The notes beneath the pieces are model-generated. The model was not told the origin of the DNA. It made no database searches and worked only from the letters and a program-made list of their open reading frames with translations. This document shows, in pieces, positions 56,565 through 64,000 of a stretch of 64,000 bases of DNA; the first letter of the stretch is position 1; each line of letters begins with the position of its first letter. The translations under genes were made by a program, and so were the position numbers. The DNA comes from an uncultured virus (IMG/VR IMGVR_UViG_3300027751_000013) (Duplodnaviria; Heunggongvirae; Uroviricota; Caudoviricetes), in IMG/VR virus record IMGVR_UViG_3300027751_000013. The stretch is one strand, 5' to 3'.

Positions 56565-56605
56565 CTTCGTGGCAACTTCGCGCGTTTTGCGCGGCGGCGT
56601 AGCCG
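56565..56605. other. GC-rich palindromic element related to the cGAAg repeats
   Basis: Reverse complement contains CGAAGTTGCCACG; plus-strand CGGC-GTA-GCCG hairpin. Confidence 0.6.
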
Positions 56606-56684
56606 TTATATTTTCCATATAAAGCGCCCAAAAAGTTGCACACCTGCTTTTTTCTTCTTATATTTAGTAAACAAAATAAAGGTT

Positions 56685-57290
56685 ATGTATAAATTTAATG
56701 TTTTTCTGCTATTAGTAGCGGCTTCTTTACTATCTTGTTCACCTTCCGACGACTTTTCTCCTACTTGTCCATCTGGAGATTGTGAAGCAGGGGTTGTTTT
56801 TCCTGTTCAACCGGATGAGAATGGGTACTACCATGTGAAATTAGATTGGACTCGTGAGTATTTGCCTTATTTCTCGGTAGATGCTTATGCCGAACCTACT
56901 TCTCCGGAGTACCATTACAATAATTCACCTTTTGTAACTGCTAGATTTGATTCTAATTTAGTCTGGACGATTGGTGATACGTTGGTTATGCCGGATTACT
57001 ACTACAATCCATTCGGATCCGATAGAACTTCGTCGGGAACAGTGCTTCCAAGTGAAAAAATAGAGGTTTTACTCAATCAATTCAAAGGAATTCAAGTAAA
57101 TGTTGCACAAAACACCGAAATTTACTTTTCAGATAAGGGAAATTCAAAACTATACACAAAAAGAGTACTTGGACCATTCCCTCCAGAGTCAATTGGGGAT
57201 ACTATTACCCTATATATGGAGGTATTTTGGGATGCAGGAGTGGAATCTCAAATAAAAAACCACTACAGACAAAAATTTATTGTAGAGTAG
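56685..57290 (+). CDS. Lipoprotein
   Basis: Lipobox LLSC, then C.SGDC; own promoter. Confidence 0.8.
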   Translation: MYKFNVFLLLVAASLLSCSPSDDFSPTCPSGDCEAGVVFPVQPDENGYYHVKLDWTREYLPYFSVDAYAEPTSPEYHYNNSPFVTARFDSNLVWTIGDTLVMPDYYYNPFGSDRTSSGTVLPSEKIEVLLNQFKGIQVNVAQNTEIYFSDKGNSKLYTKRVLGPFPPESIGDTITLYMEVFWDAGVESQIKNHYRQKFIVE

Positions 57291-57320
57291 TTGATTCTTT
57301 AAATTATTTTTCATACCTTC

Positions 57321-57444
57321 ATATTATATAATTAATAAAATATATATAAGTATATAAATATATATAAATAATAACTATATAATCAATAATAAAATAGAAT
57401 ATAATAATATATTAATAGTATATATAATATAAATTTAATAAATA
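57321..57444. other. Extremely AT-rich intergenic tract
   Basis: 5 G/C in 124 nt by manual count. Confidence 0.85.
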
Positions 57445-57457
57445 CAAAAGGTTATCT

Positions 57458-58192
57458 ATGTTACAAGCAGAACAAATTCAAGGCAATTGGGATAAACATA
57501 TTAAGATTGTTAACCACTATATTACCGGAGAACGTAAGGAAAAGGTATTAGCTATGTTGGAAAAACTTTCCGATATCTACGTTATGGCTCCTGCTAGCGG
57601 TAAATCTTGGTACCATAATGCTTTTCCCGGTGGATATGTTGACCATGTTAATAGAGTTGTTCAATATGCCGTAAAACAGAAAGACCTTTACCTTCAAATG
57701 GGTGGGATAGTAGACTTTTCCGATGAAGAGTTAGTATTTGCTGCTTTATTTCATGATTTAGGTAAGATAGGTGATGGAGAGGGTCCAAATTATATTCCTC
57801 AAACTGATAAATGGAGACAAGATAAGTTATCTGAGATGTATACGCCTAATCCTGATTTAGACTTTATGCTTATACCGGACAGATCTCTATTTTTACTTCA
57901 GAAGTTTGGCGTTACAGTTAACCAAAAGGAATACTTAGGTATCAGATGTCATGATGGTGTGTTTGACGATGCTAATAAAGCTTATTTCTTTAGCAATCAA
58001 GAATCTTCCAGACAAAAGACAGCTTTGATATCTATTTTACATTCAGCTGACTTTTTAGCTTCTAAGGTGGAGTATGATATGTGGAAATCACAAGGTGGTA
58101 CTACTAAACCAAAAAGTGAAAAGATTACTTCTTCGACAGGAAGACCGGTAAAAGCTTCAGAAGGTCTAACTAACATGTTAAAAAACTTATAA
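57458..58192 (+). CDS. HD-domain phosphohydrolase (YhaM-like)
   Basis: APAS...HNAFPGGYVDH, ALFHDLGKIG, HDG, LHSADFLAS. Confidence 0.9.
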   Translation: MLQAEQIQGNWDKHIKIVNHYITGERKEKVLAMLEKLSDIYVMAPASGKSWYHNAFPGGYVDHVNRVVQYAVKQKDLYLQMGGIVDFSDEELVFAALFHDLGKIGDGEGPNYIPQTDKWRQDKLSEMYTPNPDLDFMLIPDRSLFLLQKFGVTVNQKEYLGIRCHDGVFDDANKAYFFSNQESSRQKTALISILHSADFLASKVEYDMWKSQGGTTKPKSEKITSSTGRPVKASEGLTNMLKNL

Positions 58193-58194
58193 TA

Positions 58195-58500
58195 ATGGTA
58201 CAGTACATAGTAATTACAGTATTAGTTGTATTCTCCGGAATTTTATCTTATCTTATATATAACCTACTAAGAAAAGTAGAGAAATATGAAGATATAACCT
58301 TAGATCAAACTAAATACTTACAGAACATATCGAACATAATAGCAGAATCTCAACAACACCTTTCAAAGTTAGATGAAAATGGGGTATTTCAATCTGATGA
58401 TGAGGTTGGAGAATTCTTTAAACAAATGCAAGCAATACAGACTGAGCTAGACAAATACATGCTCCCCGAAAACTATGGCAAGGAAGAAATCCAAAGCTAA
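58195..58500 (+). CDS. Membrane-anchored hypothetical protein
   Basis: N-terminal TM; FQSDDEVGEFF. Confidence 0.7.
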   Translation: MVQYIVITVLVVFSGILSYLIYNLLRKVEKYEDITLDQTKYLQNISNIIAESQQHLSKLDENGVFQSDDEVGEFFKQMQAIQTELDKYMLPENYGKEEIQS

Positions 58501-59179
58501 CTACTTTACCTCAGAAACAGAAGATTATATAGTAAAATATAACCAATCAACTGATCACGATTACAGAGCTAAAATATTTACAGACCACATTTATTTACCG
58601 TTTTATAAATTAGCGGAAAATATAATACATACATTTAAATTCTACTACACGGATGTAGAGCGGATAGAAGACCTCAAACACGAGGTCGTTTCTGTTTTAC
58701 TTGAACAGAAGATAGATAAGTTCGATCCTACGAACGGAGCTAAAGCATATTCTTATTTTGGTACAATAGTTAAAAGATGGTTAATTAACTACAATAATAT
58801 TAACTACAAAAAACTAAAACAGATAGGTTCCTTTTCTGATATAGAAGAATCATATGAAACAACAGGAGACCCAGATTTTTCTAACGCTAGGACATTGAGT
58901 ACATTTGTAGACGAATGGGTTGAAGAGATGTATAACGAAATTGATTATATATTTCCTAAATCTGATGAGTTAAAAATAGCAGATGCTGTTTTGACTATAT
59001 TTAAAACAAGGAACGATTTAGATATATTTAAGAAAAAAGCTTTATATATCTATATAAGAGAAATGACTGATTGCGAAACACCGCAACTAACTAAAGTATT
59101 AAATGTACTTAAAAGCAATTTCTACGAAAAATACCAACATTACTACGATCTAGGTCTTCTTTCCCGAAAACCATTGTAA
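58475..59179 (+). CDS. Phage sigma factor, T4 gp55-like (late transcription)
   Basis: ANYF, KLAENI...F..Y, KFDP...KAYSYFGTIVKR. Confidence 0.65.
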   Translation: MARKKSKANYFTSETEDYIVKYNQSTDHDYRAKIFTDHIYLPFYKLAENIIHTFKFYYTDVERIEDLKHEVVSVLLEQKIDKFDPTNGAKAYSYFGTIVKRWLINYNNINYKKLKQIGSFSDIEESYETTGDPDFSNARTLSTFVDEWVEEMYNEIDYIFPKSDELKIADAVLTIFKTRNDLDIFKKKALYIYIREMTDCETPQLTKVLNVLKSNFYEKYQHYYDLGLLSRKPL

Positions 59180-59205
59180 CTCTATTTATAATAAAACTAT
59201 AAACT

Positions 59206-59583
59206 ATGAGTTTAGATAAAGAAATATTTAATGGAAAGACCCTATCAGATCTTTTCGGAGAAATCTACGATAACTCTAAAGATACAAGATCACAAGTTCA
59301 AGGGTTAATTAGAGAGTTAAAACCTCTAATAGAGAACATAGGAGATGCGACTTTAATCGTCCCTATGATAAAAGAATACATGGAGATAGGTGTAAAGAAT
59401 GACGACGCTTTAATTAAGATGGCCACAATCATTCAAAGGATAGTAAGCGCAGAATCTAAAGGTGAGTCTGCAAGTGATTTTGATTTCTCAGATTTACAAG
59501 ATTTGTTAGAAGAACAGAATCAAATAGAGGCTGAATTAGAATCAGTTAAGAAAGAAGAAGAGACGGATGAATCTATCAACTAG
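59206..59583 (+). CDS. Hypothetical coiled-coil protein
   Basis: 125 aa behind TATTTAT motif. Confidence 0.7.
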   Translation: MSLDKEIFNGKTLSDLFGEIYDNSKDTRSQVQGLIRELKPLIENIGDATLIVPMIKEYMEIGVKNDDALIKMATIIQRIVSAESKGESASDFDFSDLQDLLEEQNQIEAELESVKKEEETDESIN

Positions 59584-60724
59584 TTTTTCCAGTAATTTAA
59601 ACTCAGCTAACAGGTTACCGGCAAATAACCTTGCTTTAATCCCTGTACGTGTCATCGATGTGATTATGGATGAAACTCATCCTGAGTATAATAAGTACGG
59701 AAAAACTAAATGTATTGGAGCCATTAAATATCAACCAGTAGATAAAAAGCTAAACAGCGACAATACCGAAACACTACCTATTGCTTTTCCTTCTAGTGCA
59801 ACTTTAAGAACGATCCCACTAGTAAACGAAATAGTACTTCTTACCTCAGCTCCTGACGAAGAGTCTTCTAATGAGAAGTCTACTAGTTCTACTTTTTATT
59901 ATATATCTATCATATCTGTTTGGAATCATCCCCACCATAATGCCTCCCCAGACGGTGTTTCTACATCTAAGGTAGATTTAGGGAATGACTTTAAAGAGAA
60001 AAACAACATAAACCCTCTACAGCCGTACCCAGGAGATGTTTTAGTAGAAGGGAGACAAGGTCAATCCATACGATTGTCTGGTACTAAACATTTTAAGAAT
60101 ATATATACCAACCAATCTAATGAAGGAGATCCTTTTACTATTATAAGTAATGGCCAAAAGAAGACTGAAAATGGTTCTGATTACATTGAAGAAGATATAA
60201 ACGAAGATGAATCTTCGATATATCTTGTTTCTAATCACACAGTTCCGTTAAAACAAGCTAGAGATAAGATAAAAGCTTGGAAGAAAGCTCCAATAAAAGC
60301 AGATAAGTATGAAGGTTCACAAGTAGTTGTGAATGGAGGAAGACTTTATTTTAATTCAAAAGAAGAAAGCATCTTATTTTCAAGTAAAGAAGCTTTCGGA
60401 GTTACCTCTAAAAACATTAATTTAGATGCTAAAGACTATATAGCACTAGATGCAGAAAAAATATACTTAGGGGAAAAAGCTTTAGTTGAAGAATACGAAC
60501 CTGTACTATTAGGGGAGTCAACAGAACAGTTTTTAAGTGAATTACTATACAATTTAAAAGAACTAGCTAAAGATTTAGTAAAAGCTAAAACTATAGACGG
60601 TAAAATTATCCCTAATTTAATATTAAGAGGTAAATTACTTGAAGCAGGAATGAAAAGCTTAGAGGCACAAATTAACCCCGGAGGAAAATCACAACTCAAA
60701 TCCAGAAAAGTATACACTGAATAA
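59567..60724 (+). CDS. Baseplate hub/spike protein (gp5/GpV-like)
   Basis: OB-fold-like N-terminus (PLVNEIV), GDVLVEGRQGQSIRL, beta-rich C-terminus; upstream of gp25/gp6. Confidence 0.65.
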   Translation: MNLSTSFSSNLNSANRLPANNLALIPVRVIDVIMDETHPEYNKYGKTKCIGAIKYQPVDKKLNSDNTETLPIAFPSSATLRTIPLVNEIVLLTSAPDEESSNEKSTSSTFYYISIISVWNHPHHNASPDGVSTSKVDLGNDFKEKNNINPLQPYPGDVLVEGRQGQSIRLSGTKHFKNIYTNQSNEGDPFTIISNGQKKTENGSDYIEEDINEDESSIYLVSNHTVPLKQARDKIKAWKKAPIKADKYEGSQVVVNGGRLYFNSKEESILFSSKEAFGVTSKNINLDAKDYIALDAEKIYLGEKALVEEYEPVLLGESTEQFLSELLYNLKELAKDLVKAKTIDGKIIPNLILRGKLLEAGMKSLEAQINPGGKSQLKSRKVYTE

Positions 60725-61566
60725 TGCCACACGGATATTTAAAAGAATTTAAAAGTTTACTAGCTCAATTTGCTGCCTTTAAAATAGGAGATCTTGAAGC
60801 TATGGCTATACAGTATGCTAATACCAAAGTAAATGAAATTATAAACGAATTACTTAATCAATGTCCGCCGCCTGAAGTTTTAAAGCAAATGGGTAAGACT
60901 GTTGACAATGTAAACAGTCTAATGAATAAGGTAGATAGACAAGTAGGGCAATTAGAAAAACTTCCAAAAAAATTAGATAAGCCAATCAAAGCGGGTAAGA
61001 TAATAGTAGAGGTACTTTCACACATGCCGCTACCTTCGACTATTGGAGGACCAGGCCCGATAGGTGTAATATTTTCAGTACCGACAGGAGTCATACAGGC
61101 ACAAGCACAACTACTAACGTTTACTTCTAATATGATTAACACATTAGAAAATGACCAGACAGCTATCAAGGATCTGTTATCATCTGCCTCCGGTATATTT
61201 TCCCCAGTTCGAACTAAGCTTAGTAGAATAGAAAGGTTACTGGCTAGATGTGCTTCCAATCCAAATCTATCAGATGAAGATAGAAAAAAAATATTAGAAG
61301 GTTTACAGGATAAAAATACTGGAACCTCAGGTACAACTGCCGGAGGAAAAGGAAAAGGAGTGGAGTATACTTCCAATATTAATGGAAATACATACACTAT
61401 ATCCATTGTAACAAATACCGAGACAGGTATAAGTGTACCACAAAGACAAGCAGTAGCTAAAGATTTTAGAGGAATTATAGTAATAAAAGGCCCTTTATCT
61501 TTTGCAAGCTCTGAGCAAGTCTTAATAGATGAATTAAAATTTAGAATAGATAATCAACTTCCATAA
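60724..61566 (+). CDS. Hypothetical protein in baseplate operon
   Basis: 280-aa coupled ORF. Confidence 0.7.
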   Translation: MPHGYLKEFKSLLAQFAAFKIGDLEAMAIQYANTKVNEIINELLNQCPPPEVLKQMGKTVDNVNSLMNKVDRQVGQLEKLPKKLDKPIKAGKIIVEVLSHMPLPSTIGGPGPIGVIFSVPTGVIQAQAQLLTFTSNMINTLENDQTAIKDLLSSASGIFSPVRTKLSRIERLLARCASNPNLSDEDRKKILEGLQDKNTGTSGTTAGGKGKGVEYTSNINGNTYTISIVTNTETGISVPQRQAVAKDFRGIIVIKGPLSFASSEQVLIDELKFRIDNQLP

Positions 61567-61583
61567 ACTAACTATTTATATAT

Positions 61584-62066
61584 ATGAAACTCGATCAACT
61601 TAGAAAGATAATCAGAGAAGAAGTGAGAGCCGCTGTTAAGGAAGAGTTACAAGAAGTAATGAACGAAGCAGTTAAAGCAGCTAGCACACCTACAGGATTA
61701 CAACCAGCTCCTATAGCAGGAGAGACCTCATGGTCAGCACCGAAAAAACCTTCAAGACAGGATTTAGCAGAAATGATGGGCTTATCTGATATGAAACCAA
61801 AGACAACTAATTTAAAGTTCGACGATCCAATCCAAGAGATGTTAAATCAAACTAAAAATAATATGTCTGGAGAGGAGTATAAGAATGTTATGAACTTTGA
61901 TTCGTCAATGGTACAGAAACCAAGCTTCGCTTCCTCTATGGCTAATCAAATGGGAATGACATCACCGGAAAATATGCCCGGTTTAGATATATCTCAATTA
62001 AGTTTTGTAAAAAAAGCTAAAAAGGTTTTAGATCTAGCTAACGAAAAAAGTAGTAATAGACTATAA
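61584..62066 (+). CDS. Hypothetical late/virion protein
   Basis: LRKIIREEVRAAVKEEL N-terminus; TATTTAT upstream. Confidence 0.7.
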   Translation: MKLDQLRKIIREEVRAAVKEELQEVMNEAVKAASTPTGLQPAPIAGETSWSAPKKPSRQDLAEMMGLSDMKPKTTNLKFDDPIQEMLNQTKNNMSGEEYKNVMNFDSSMVQKPSFASSMANQMGMTSPENMPGLDISQLSFVKKAKKVLDLANEKSSNRL

Positions 62067-62476
62067 TGGCATTTCAAATTCAAAAAATATACCCTCTAGA
62101 TTTAGAACCTAGAAAAGCTATCGGAGTAGATTTACCTTTCTCTGGTAAAGCTGTATTTAATTCTAATTACTTAACTAAGGATGCTATTAGGAACAACCTA
62201 ATTAATTATTTTTTGACTAATAAAGGTGAAAGGTACCTAAACCCTTCCTTTGGCTCTAATATTAGAAAAATGCTGTTTGAGAATATAACTCAAGATACAT
62301 TACAGGATATTAAAGAGATTATAGCTGAAGATTTAGCCACATACTTCCCAAGAGTGGTACCAAAAACATTTGAACTAACAGCTACACCGAACTCTAATAC
62401 TGTTAGGTTTTATTTGAAGTATACAATAGCAGACACAAATATAGAAGATGAACTTCTAATTAATATCGACCAATAA
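62066..62476 (+). CDS. Baseplate wedge protein, T4 gp25-like
   Basis: IRNNLIN.FLTNKGERYLNPSFGS.I...LFE. Confidence 0.92.
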   Translation: MAFQIQKIYPLDLEPRKAIGVDLPFSGKAVFNSNYLTKDAIRNNLINYFLTNKGERYLNPSFGSNIRKMLFENITQDTLQDIKEIIAEDLATYFPRVVPKTFELTATPNSNTVRFYLKYTIADTNIEDELLINIDQ

Positions 62477-64000
62477 TGGCAGAAGAAAGAGACATAAAGT
62501 ATATTAATAAAGACTTTTCTGATTTTAGAAATCAATTAGTGGAGTACGCTAAAAACTACTTTCCTGATAGCTACAACGATTTTTCTCCTACCTCACCCGG
62601 TATGATGTTTATCGAAATGGCTTCTTATGTTGGAGATGTACTGTCCTTTTACCAGGACACCCAGCTTCAAGAAACATACTTAACCTATGCTAAAGACCCT
62701 AAAAACCTATATGCTTTAGCATATATGATGGGATATAAACCTAAAGTAACCGGAGTAGCAGAAGTCGATATCGAGATCTCACAGATTATAGATGCTACCG
62801 GTGGTAGTTATAACCCTAACTGGGATCAAGCAGCAATTTTACAGCCAAACGCTATTCTAAGATCCACCGATAGCTCACAAACTTCATTTATTATTGAACA
62901 GAGAGTAGACTTTTCTTATTCAAGCTCTTTCGATCCAACAGATGTTATAATAAACAGCTTAGATTATTCAAACCTTCCAGAAAGCTACAAACTTACTAAA
63001 ACAGTTAAAGCTATTTCAGGAGAAGTAAAAACTACTACACAAGCTATAACTTCTGTAGAAAAGTTTAAAACCATAACTATTCAAGATAGTAATATAGTTA
63101 GGATATTAGAAGTAACTGACTCCGATAATAACGTATGGTACGAAGTTCCTTTTTTAGGTCAAGATACAATTTATGTTGATGAAGAGGCTACCTTTTCTAC
63201 ATCTAATGGACTACCACATACATTAAGTTTAAGAAAAGTTCCAAGAAGATTTGTTTCTAGGTTTCTTTCTAGCGGGTATTTACAACTTCAATTCGGAGCC
63301 GGTACAAATAGTAGTGATGATTCCGTTATATTACCCGACCCGTCAAATTTAAATATAGGGAATAATAATGCAGATAGTACAATAGATAGAGCTTTTGATC
63401 CATCTAACTTTCTATATAGTAAATCTTACGGTATCGCACCTAGTAATACCACATTAACAATTAAATACCTCACAGGTGGAGGAGTAACTGCTAACGTTCC
63501 TGCTAATACAATCACAGTAGCATCTAATGTAACAATATCTCCATCATTTGCAACACTCACCTACAACAACCCTAAACCAGCAGCTGGAGGAAGAGATGGT
63601 GATACTGTAGAAGAATTAAGACAAAATTCTTTAAGAGCTTTCAACGAGCAAAATAGAGCAGTAACACTACAGGATTACACAGTAAGAGCATTATCATTAC
63701 CTGGAAAATTTGGAAGTATAGCTAAAGCTTATGCTACTCAAGATCAATTAACCAACACAAACAGCGTAGATTCAGTTCTATTAGACAATAACCCACTAGC
63801 TATTTCACTTTATGTACTATCTTACGATGTAAACAAAAAACTAGTTCAAGGCTCTGTAAAATTAAAAGAGAATTTAAAAACATACCTTTCTGAGTATATG
63901 CTACTCACAGACTCTATAAACATTAAAGACGCATTTATAGTAAATATTGGCGTAAATTACGATATTATAGTGAGACCAGATTATAGCGGTAGAGATGTGC
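62476..64000 (+). CDS. Baseplate wedge protein, T4 gp6-like (runs off window; not in track)
   Basis: DFSDFRNQL..YAK.YFP..YNDFS..SPGMMFIEMASYVGDVLSFY; later GGRDGDTVEELRQ and QNRAVTLQDY. Confidence 0.93.
   Translation, partial: MAEERDIKYINKDFSDFRNQLVEYAKNYFPDSYNDFSPTSPGMMFIEMASYVGDVLSFYQDTQLQETYLTYAKDPKNLYALAYMMGYKPKVTGVAEVDIEISQIIDATGGSYNPNWDQAAILQPNAILRSTDSSQTSFIIEQRVDFSYSSSFDPTDVIINSLDYSNLPESYKLTKTVKAISGEVKTTTQAITSVEKFKTITIQDSNIVRILEVTDSDNNVWYEVPFLGQDTIYVDEEATFSTSNGLPHTLSLRKVPRRFVSRFLSSGYLQLQFGAGTNSSDDSVILPDPSNLNIGNNNADSTIDRAFDPSNFLYSKSYGIAPSNTTLTIKYLTGGGVTANVPANTITVASNVTISPSFATLTYNNPKPAAGGRDGDTVEELRQNSLRAFNEQNRAVTLQDYTVRALSLPGKFGSIAKAYATQDQLTNTNSVDSVLLDNNPLAISLYVLSYDVNKKLVQGSVKLKENLKTYLSEYMLLTDSINIKDAFIVNIGVNYDIIVRPDYSGRDV

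Noticed and set aside
40657..56687. Promoter repeats as CRISPR repeats or integron attC sites
   Set aside because: Separated by whole genes, not palindromic, fixed promoter-like spacing, no integrase in window
59206..59583. Terminase small subunit
   Set aside because: Size and helicity fit, but no diagnostic motif and no adjacent large subunit
760..61406. Minus-strand and nested ORFs in the track (e.g. 760..1011, 3052..3360, 7552..7965, 19870..20388, 35059..35331, 60858..61406)
   Set aside because: They are shadows of well-supported plus-strand genes, with no motifs or promoters; only 54940..55365 is accepted
1..64000. Stop-codon reassignment
   Set aside because: Conserved genes are full length in the standard code, and TAA, TAG and TGA all end genes at sensible positions

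Overview
AT-rich, densely coding and almost entirely plus-strand segment of a large T4-like (contractile-tail) phage. The host is probably Bacteroidota (Flavobacteria-like), inferred from promoter shape, an Hc1-like protein, lipoprotein signals and the lack of normally spaced Shine-Dalgarno sites. In order the window holds: the C-terminus of a family A DNA polymerase; Hsp20/GroES/GroEL; an apt-nucleosidase-metK module; a probable lysis cassette; a PD-(D/E)XK nuclease; a ~10 kb glycosyltransferase/nonulosonic-acid cluster; IscA, an HNH protein and a GH73 hydrolase; a Hint-domain modification locus; thyA and a ferredoxin reductase; a ~17 kb array of small 'early' genes, most behind a near-identical promoter/leader cassette; then a gp55-like sigma factor and baseplate genes (gp5-, gp25- and gp6-like). 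Best novel-system candidate (33.7-39.4 kb): a circularly permuted ATP-grasp ligase fused to three tandem Hint domains whose only C-terminal exteins are YKA and KK. It is followed by a 46-aa ORF, three 2OG-Fe(II) oxygenases and two DxD transferase-like proteins. Many of these enzymes, including copies elsewhere in the window, share a C-terminal [S/T]-hydrophobic-hydrophobic tag. Other notable signals: twin hairpins whose loops are antisense to the early-gene start motif GGUUAUGAC; a covarying GC-rich cGAAg hairpin element in three copies; two structured leaders; and a helically phased CTAAAGA array next to an RHH gene. All calls are from motif reading by eye; no searches were run.
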